From assembly GCF_001194135.2 (NCBI RefSeq), contig NC_068991.1:7816030-7880029 (forward strand): DNA of 64,000 nucleotides. Reading direction: 5' to 3'. How positions within the stretch are numbered: the first letter of the stretch is position 1; each line of letters starts with the position of its first letter. The position numbers were made by a program, and so were the translations under genes. Under the pieces are notes generated by a model. That model saw nothing but the letters and a program-made list of their open reading frames with translations. It ran no database searches and was not told the DNA's origin. This document shows, piece by piece, positions 51,982 through 61,007 of the stretch. The DNA is from Octopus bimaculoides (taxonomy: Eukaryota).

Positions 51982-54900
51982 CATGTTTTTAGTGAATGCT
52001 GACTTACCTGCTGAAATGATTTCATCCATGTGGCAGTTGGGTAAATGGACCCTGGATAAAGATATATTCTCTTCAGCGTATGCTAGATACTGTAATACCT
52101 GAGTAAAAAGAAAACAAAAGGCATCATGAAAACATCTTATGAATAAACTGATAATAGAAACATATGGTAAAAAGCATAAGTGATTAATGACTGGCTTCTG
52201 TAACATTTAAAACAGAAGCATTGGCGTTGTATCTTCCTACTTGTTCATCACATTGAAGAAGGTCATGTAGATGACACTTTGAAAAATACAAATAACTTCA
52301 ATTGAGAAGATCAAAGCATAACTCACCTTATCAAAGTAGTCAAATGCTTCATCTATTTCTCCTAGGAGTGTACAGAACCTTGCTTTCAGCCAAAATGCTG
52401 GTTGAAGAAAAGATATTGAAATACAAATGTTTTTGATACAACATAAACGAATACCACCAATTTATTTATGTAAATTATTCTTTTCCTTTTTGTCTTGCAG
52501 GATTGTAGCGCCATGTGGGGTGGGGTGGGGACTTGTGCCAGTGCCACATGGGGGACACACTTGTGCAAGCGTCATGTGAGGGGCGCTTGTGCTAGTGCCA
52601 TGTGGGGGGGCACTTGTGCTGGTGCCACATGAAGGGCACTTGTGCTGGCGTCACGTGTAAAGCACTCATGCTGGTTCTAGGTGAGAAGTACTCCTGCCAG
52701 TGTCAAGTAAAAAGCACTTGTCTAGATACAACATAAAAGCACCTGTGCTGGTTGGCTGCAGGAAGGGCATCCAGCTGTAGAAATCATGCCAAAGCAGACA
52801 CTGGAGCACGATGTAGTCCTTGGACCCATCATATCCTGTCAAACCATCCAACCTATGCTAGAATAGAACACGATCATCAAATGATGCTGTTGCTACTACA
52901 GATGATGGTTAAAGAGATGGTAGCATGGCATGTTTTGGAGAAACTCACAACTGGTTCAATAATAGCCATTAACCTTCGGTCACCACTCTTTAAAAAAAAA
53001 GGGGGGGGATAAAAGAAAAGAAAAACAATAACAGTAAACAATCCAAATGAANNNNNNNNNNNNNNNNNNNNNNNNNNNNNNNNNNNNNNNNNNNNNNNNN
53101 NNNNNNNNNNNNNNNNNNNNNNNNNNNNNNNNNNNNNNNNNNNNNNNNNNNNNNNNNNNNNNNNNNNNNNNNNNNNNNNNNNNNNNNNNNNNNNNNNNNN
53201 NNNNNNNNNNNNNNNNNNNNNNNNNNNNNNNNNNNNNNNNNNNNNNNNNNNNNNNNNNNNNNNNNNNNNNNNNNNNNNNNNNNNNNNNNNNNNNNNNNNN
53301 NNNNNNNNNNNNNNNNNNNNNNNNNNNNNNNNNNNNNNNNNNNNNNNNNNNNNNNNNNNNNNNNNNNNNNNNNNNNNNNNNNNNNNNNNNNNNNNNNNNN
53401 NNNNNNNCCCCCCCCAATAACCCGTTTAAAGCTGTTGCAAATTAAAATCAGGACACAAAGAAACATGATAAAGTGAAACAAAACATTGATTGATACCTCA
53501 TAAGTGGATTCAGTAGACAGAAACTGAAAGAAGCTTCCCCATGTGTATGTGAGAGAGAGAGAACTTGTAATTCCCTCATTTACATGTGTGTGTCTGTTAA
53601 CAGACTGTAAACAATGGCTTTGCTAAGGGTGTTGTTATTTGCAGTGCACCACAAAAACATGCTGTGCAACCTTTGTAAACAAAAGGCTTGTTCATATAAA
53701 CAAAACAGATTTTAAACAGAATAATGCAAAAAAACAAACAAAAATAACCCAGTAATTATCTCTATAATATAGGTATATATAATTCAGAAGTAGTTATTAA
53801 GAGGTGATGAAAATATACATACTTATTTGAAGAATTCATAGGAGCTTTGATTTTTGCTTTTTTCATCAGCCATTGATCTAACTTGAGTTCAGCCCATACA
53901 AGCACCATCTGAAAATAGAAGCAGAAAATGTGTTTATTATGCCATTCTAATTCACATTGTTGATATGTCTTTTGTATCACTGAATTAAAATGTTCTTAAT
54001 TCCTCTCAAGATAATCCTCTCCTTCATCTCCCGTTGTGTCCGTTATATTAAGATTCTCAGCTTTATGGTGACATCATCAACATAATTTAATGTCCATGCT
54101 TCACGCTGGCATAGGTTGGACAGTTTGATAGGATCTGATGGGCCCAAGTACTGCATCGTGCTCCAATGTCTGCTTTGATATGGTTTCTACAGCTGGATGC
54201 CCTTCCAAATGCCAACCACTTCACAGAGTGTACCGGGTGCTTTTATGTGACACCAGCACTAGTAAAGTTGCCATGCAGCTTGCAAGACTATAAACCTCAA
54301 AGAGCTGGGGCAGGCAACTTTATGTTAGGAGAATAAAGAGTAGAGAACGGTAAAGTGTGAAAGAAAAGGGATGGAGCAGAACCAGTTTCTTGCTGTAGAG
54401 AAGCTACATGACTATTCAACACTTTTAGAAGAGTGGGGGAACTGGAAAGCGAGATAAGTAGTGATGAGGTATCATCACTGTAGGCTCAAAACAATTAACA
54501 GACAAGCATATTTAAAAAGGGCTCACTCTACTACAAACTAACACAAAAATCGTGAAGGATTAACAACTACATTAAAAAGCTTCGAATATTTATACCGGTA
54601 TACAGGAAGGCGATGTCAAGGTTCTTGCAGGTCTATAATAGTGCTTTTAATACAAGTATGAAGCCTGAAATTTCGATAGGTGGGGTTAGTTGGTTAAATC
54701 TGACCTCAGTATTTAACTGGTACTTCATGGACACTTGAGAGATGAAAGTCAAAGTTGTTCTTTTCATAGCTACAACAATTGTCACAATCCACTTGATTTT
54801 TTTTATCAACACAGATTCTCAGATCAAATCACTTGCTAAACAAATCTACTCAAGAATATGAAATAATTTAAAAAAAAAAAAACGTACTTTGCCCATTTCT

Positions 54901-57900
54901 AGAACATAGTCCTCGGGTTCTTCAGGGCTAAAGGAATATAAATAATCAGTTTAGAGATTACAAAATGGCTTTAAAATAAAATTCATATTTAACCAGGCAA
55001 AAAAAAAAAAAAAAAAAAATGTTCAGGTTATTGTAAAACATTTTGTTCGTGAATTTATTTGATAAATCTATAACACTAATGGTTGCAAAATGGAGGCACT
55101 GGAATAATGTTTACATAAGCATTTGATGAGAACACATTATTCTGATGGTCATTGTCTGGCTGAAAACCAGTACCAATCCTATTTCATGATAGATGAGTTA
55201 GCAGGAGCAGAGCCAACCATGTTGACCTTTATGGTGTCCAAGTCTCATAAAGAGAAAATTATGTTGTAGTAGTAGTAGAAGTAACAGCAATCTTTTTCCC
55301 AGCCAGATAGTAAAGTTGGTGATTGTTGTTAATGTTGAGCCCAATGTCATGGCTACTTCGTTTATTTATTTATTGATTTATTTATTTTTTTTAAATCTCA
55401 GGGACTATTTTGCCCCCTAACATCCTTTACGTACATAATATAGATGGGTGTGATTTGTAGGTAATTTGGCTGCTTTTTCTTGTAGGACAAGTGACTAACA
55501 ACATAAAGGTCTCTGTCGCAAGGATTTCAATAACAGCAATACATTCAGAATTATTAACATGCCTTGCTGTTTGCAGCTTCAATGTTAAAAGGCTGGTTCC
55601 AAAATGAAGAACAGAGTGAAAATAATCTCTCTTTAGCTTTTCCCATCTCAGATCAACTAGATGCTCAGGTAAAAAAAAAAAAAAAAAAAGAGGCGGGTGG
55701 AATCAATCAAAATATATCTTACCATAAATAAGAAGGTAATTTCAAGTGTTTCCTGACAGCAGAATATACTTTTAAGAATATGTCTACTAATTCATCAGAC
55801 CTGTTCATCAGAATAAAAGAATAATTTATATGAATCAAAATACATAGTTTTCAGATAAACCTTTTGAATGTCATTGGAATCTGTCAACAAGGGAATAGTT
55901 GAATGTATTTCTTTGATACCCTCTCCCTTATCAGCTTCTATTAAGTATAGTTTACTGTATTTGAGGGCATAAAAGATGCACTCCCTGCCCCACAAAGTTT
56001 CATAAAAAATCCCCCCAGGTTATTTATGCAAACTGGGGCCTATATTACAGATTTTAATGCACTAAAAACTTTATTCCCTGAATATGCACTGCTGATATTG
56101 GGGTGTCTAATATGCCCGTGTGTCTTTTATGCCATCAAATATGTCCAGGGGTTGTTGTTGAAGATGTTGATGATGATTGCACCATAGTGGTTGAATCATT
56201 AGCCCTGGATGTGAATCTCTAAGGGTCGTATGAACACAGCATGTAAGGAACCAGAACAGACATTACAAGACATCCCATTTGATGTTCTAACAATTCAGCT
56301 ACTGTCCTTGACAGTGCAGGATTGAACCAGGATCCATGTGACTGAGAAGCAAACTTCTTAACCACACAGCCATGCCTATTGAATCAATTTCTTTCAACCT
56401 AGTCTTTGCTAAAGAATTAGTGTAATAAACTAGCATAACAAATTAGCTAAAGAATTAGCATAATAAATTAATGCAAGGAAATAGAAATTTAAGGCTTAGT
56501 ATACAAAGGTTTATTTGAAGTCATTGTATACAGAAAAGTATAGGGAGTTGAAATAATAATGCAAACAATTCCTTACCATTTTAAATGTCCTACATCTGCT
56601 AATTGAACTAAATATGTACCCATAAGATCAATGATTCCACCATTTTCCAAACAATCTTCCAAAAATTTCTTTACAAGCTGCTCCTCAGTCTCAAAAACTA
56701 GTGGGGTAGATGATTCACTGCTACCAGCTAGAAAAAACAAATTTCTTGTGTTCATTTATCTGAATATATTTCATATTATTTATTTGGTACACAACTTTCA
56801 ATATTGCACCCGCCAACCAATTCTGTGAAGGAGTCTTGCCTTGCAAGTTACTAGGTGACTCTACTAGTGCTTGTGTCACAAAAAAAAAAAGCATCCACTA
56901 GACTCTATATAGTGGTTGGTCATTAGGAAAGGCAACTAGCTGTAGAAAATTTGCAAAAGCAGACACTGGAGACCAACATAGCCTTCAGGCCAATCGAATC
57001 TTGTTGAACCACCCAACCTATGGCAGCATGGAATGCAGACATTAAATGATGATGGTGACGTTTGTGCTCTGATCCCAACCCAGGTAACTGATTCGCCTTT
57101 CTTTCATATTGGCATATAAAGTGTTTGGGTTAACTCAGTCATAGATTTGAACTCAGAATGTAGAGTGACATAATTAAACAGTGCAAGACATTTTGTCTGC
57201 TGTTCTACCAATTCTACCATCCACCACTCTTTTTAGTTTGCATCTATTTTTTTTTTCCATGTTAGAATAGGTAGAATGGCCAAGTTCACCTAACTGCGGA
57301 TAAATATTGCAGGCATTAAGAACATCAATTAATGAATGTCTCAATCCTATATAGAGTTGTTCACAAATCCTCTTGCAAGTGTTCTTTGAAAAAGGATAAG
57401 ATCTGAAAACCCTAGGTATACATTCATCATCGTTTAACGTCCGTGTTCCATGCTAGCATGGGTGGGACGGTTTCACAAGAGCCAGCCAGGCAGAAGCCTG
57501 CACCAGACTTATGTGACTGTTTTGGCAAGATTTTACAGCAGGATGCCCTTCCTAACACCAAACACTCAGCAGAGTGGACTGAGTGCTTTTTATGTGGCAT
57601 AAGCACAGGTGAGGTCAGTTTTGGCAAGGTTTTTACAGCTGGATGCCCTTCCAATTACCAACCACTTTACAGCGTGGACTGGGTGCAAACTAAAAATCTA
57701 ATGAAAAATAATGAGGAAGTATATGAAGGAAAGACTTACACACAGGTAAATATGACATTTCAATAATTTTAAGGTTTGTTTTTTTTTTCAGACATAAGAA
57801 ATTAAAAAAATTACCAGCAGATGAAACACCTTGAGGGCTACTTTGTTCTTTTGCTTTGCTTTCATCTTCCTCTCGTGCTTCCCTTTAAGTGAGAGAAAAA

Positions 57901-58861
57901 AAAAAAAAAATCAAATAATAAAAAAAAACCCAAAGGAAGTGATTGCAAAAACATTTTACATAAAAAAAAAAGATTTAATATTTATTTCTTTATTGCCCAC
58001 AAGGGGCTAAACATAGAGGGGACAAACAAGGGGATTACGTTGATTACATCGACCCAGTGATTAACTGGTACTTATTTAATCGACCCCGAAAGGATGAAAA
58101 TTTAAATATTAAGAAAGAAATTAAAATTAAAAGTAGATTTACAATAAACTGGATGGCAAAAATTTCAGGAGCAAGTCTTCAAGATCTACATTTTCCTCTT
58201 GTTTTTTTCTGGTGGTATTACGCACCTGCCAAATAATGAAAATAAAAGACGGTTGAATTTATAAGGACAAGACACAAAAATAGCTAGATATTCCAGAAAT
58301 TAGAAATATTACAAGGCAGAGTAGAATGAAATAGGAAATAAACACCAACACGAGCGGATCGTCTTTTACACGCCACTTCTTCGACAGCAGTGTTTCGTTT
58401 TCGCTTCTGAACCTTACGTGACCCAGCTTCATCAACTTCCATAGCTGTTGTAACTTCAGGAGTATCTACACAGAGAAGGAAGAACATCATCATCATCAAT
58501 CATGATACTCATTATTCTGAAAGTTATGAAGAAACAAAGTCGACTCGTGAATTTTTGAAACTGTCCCCCTACCCCTGGGAAACATTTTTTCACAACAAAT
58601 TCCGACATATTTGGAATATATAGCAAATTAAGTATATCTCTCTCTTCACTCTTACTCTTTTACTTGTTTCAGTCAATTCACTGTGGCCATGCTGGAGCAC
58701 CGCCTTTATAGTTGAGCAAATCGACCCCAGAGCTTATTCTTTGTAAGCCTAGTACTTATTCTATCGGTCTCTTTTTGCCAAACCACTAAGTTACGGGGAT
58801 GTAAACACACCAGCATCGGTTGTCAAGCAATGCTGGGGAGGACAAACAGACACACAAGCAG

Positions 58862-58940
<79 letters not shown>

Positions 58941-60965
58941 TACATATATACGACGGTCTTCTTCCAGTTTCCGTCTACCAAATCCACTCACAAGGCTTTG
59001 GTCGGCTCGAGGCTATAGTAGAAGACACTTGCCCAAGGTGCCATGCAGTGGGACTGAACCCAGGACCATGTGGTTGGTAAGCAAGCTACTTACCACACAG
59101 CCACTCCTGCACCTATATCTGGAAAATTTTATCAAAAACATCCATTTTTCTGGAAGTCTTGAGAAAACAAAGTCAGGGCTGGTGATGGAGGACACATGCA
59201 CTTGTGTAGGTACGCCAGTAGGAGAACAGAATGGTGTGCAACTGAACTTGGATTCCTGTAGAAGTAATATTTCAAACACTGAAATGATAGTCCCAATAAT
59301 TAGAAGTGAAAGAAATAAAGCTGAAGATTCTTACGGTTTGTTGCCGAGGGATTTGGTGATGACATCTGTACAGTAGGAGAGGAGGATGTGCCACTATTCC
59401 CTGCCGTTTCAGCAACTTCAGACGATGGTGCCACCGCTGCACCCTCTCCAGCATCTGAAGTCATCTGTGCCTCTTGGTTTGAACTCGGACTGTGAACTTT
59501 AGACTCGTGTGCCTCAACAACATTTTTGTCGTTTGCAGGTTTAGGGGTTTTAACATATGGTGTCAAATCTATATGAAGACCCATACTCTTAAAAAGAGAA
59601 AAAACAAAAATAAAACAAATAATTAGATACAGGGGAAATTTTGTTGATATTGAAAAATCTTTAAATATTCTAATTTTGGTACAAGGCCAGCGATCTTGAA
59701 GAAAGGGAGTACATCGATCGCATTGACTCTAGTACTCAAATGGTACTTGTTTTATGAACACCTGAAAAAGGTGAACAGTGAAGTTGGCTCCAGTGGAATT
59801 TAAACTCAGAACATAAAGCCAGACAAAATGCTACTAGCTTGCCATCTTACAAAATCTTTAAATCGTAATCATCATCATTGTTTAACGTCCATTTCCCATG
59901 CTGGTATGGGTTGGATGGTTTGACTGAGGTCTGGAGAGCCAGCGGCTGCATCAGGGTCCAATCTGATCTGGCAATGTTTCTACAGCTGGATGCCCTTCCT
60001 AATGCTAAACACTGTGAGTGTGCAGTGGGTGCTTTTTACGTGTCCACTGGTACAGGAGCCAGTCAGGTGGGCCTGGATTCAATCACATTTGGATAGTGCT
60101 TTTTACGTGCCACTGGCACGGGGGCCAGTCAGGGGGGTACTGGAATTGGCCACATTCAGATGGTGCTTTTTATGTGCCACCAGCACAGGGAGCCAGTCAG
60201 GCGGACCTGGGATTGACCACGTTTGGATGGTGCATTTTACGTGCCACTGGCACAGGAGCCAGTCAGGGGGCACTGGCCACAGCTATGATATTGGTTTTAC
60301 TTGACTCAACAGGTTGTCTCAAGCATATCATATTGCATAACGCATCAGGGGTACTCTTAACTGGGCCGGACATGCATGGCTGCGATCTCACTTTAGTTAC
60401 CGGGTCTTCTCAATCACAGCATGTAAATACTAATTTTATAATTTCAATTTGCTGGAAGTATTTTTCCAGAAGCATAGAAAAAACACAAAACAAAAAAAAA
60501 CTTATAAAACTTTTAGGAATTATGTAACAATACATATTTAGGAAAAAGAATTTCTAAAAAAAAAAGAATGCAAATATTCATGGATTCTCAATGAAGTTCA
60601 ATAATGTAATTTCAAAAGGATGAATTTACTGAATTAGTCAGGGACAAGAACAATCTGGTTTTACTGGTTTATGTAAAAATTGAAATCAGTTCAGACATAC
60701 CTTTCGTGGTTCACTGTGGACTATTTCATCATACAAAGCTAAAAGACATTCCCCGACACATTTCCAACTGAAATTAAAGGTTAATAATGATCAGCGAAAA
60801 ACTATTATTAAGTCCACGACATAATGATACAAATGATGAGTTTTTTGATTTAGGTTTGTGTTAATGGGAGAATCCTGAACACCCCCATGTGACTGAAAGT
60901 GGACTAACCGATTACAATAACTAAGAACTGAATGAACTGTCAGGGTAGTTGATGTTAGACCTACT

Positions 60966-61007
<42 letters not shown>

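Noticed and set aside
59115-59278. S/T/P-rich frame ([29 protein letters not shown]) as an extra Cabin1 exon
   Set aside because: The phase-compatible acceptor implies a 56-nt intron, no good phase-1 donor follows, and flanking exons already join in frame.
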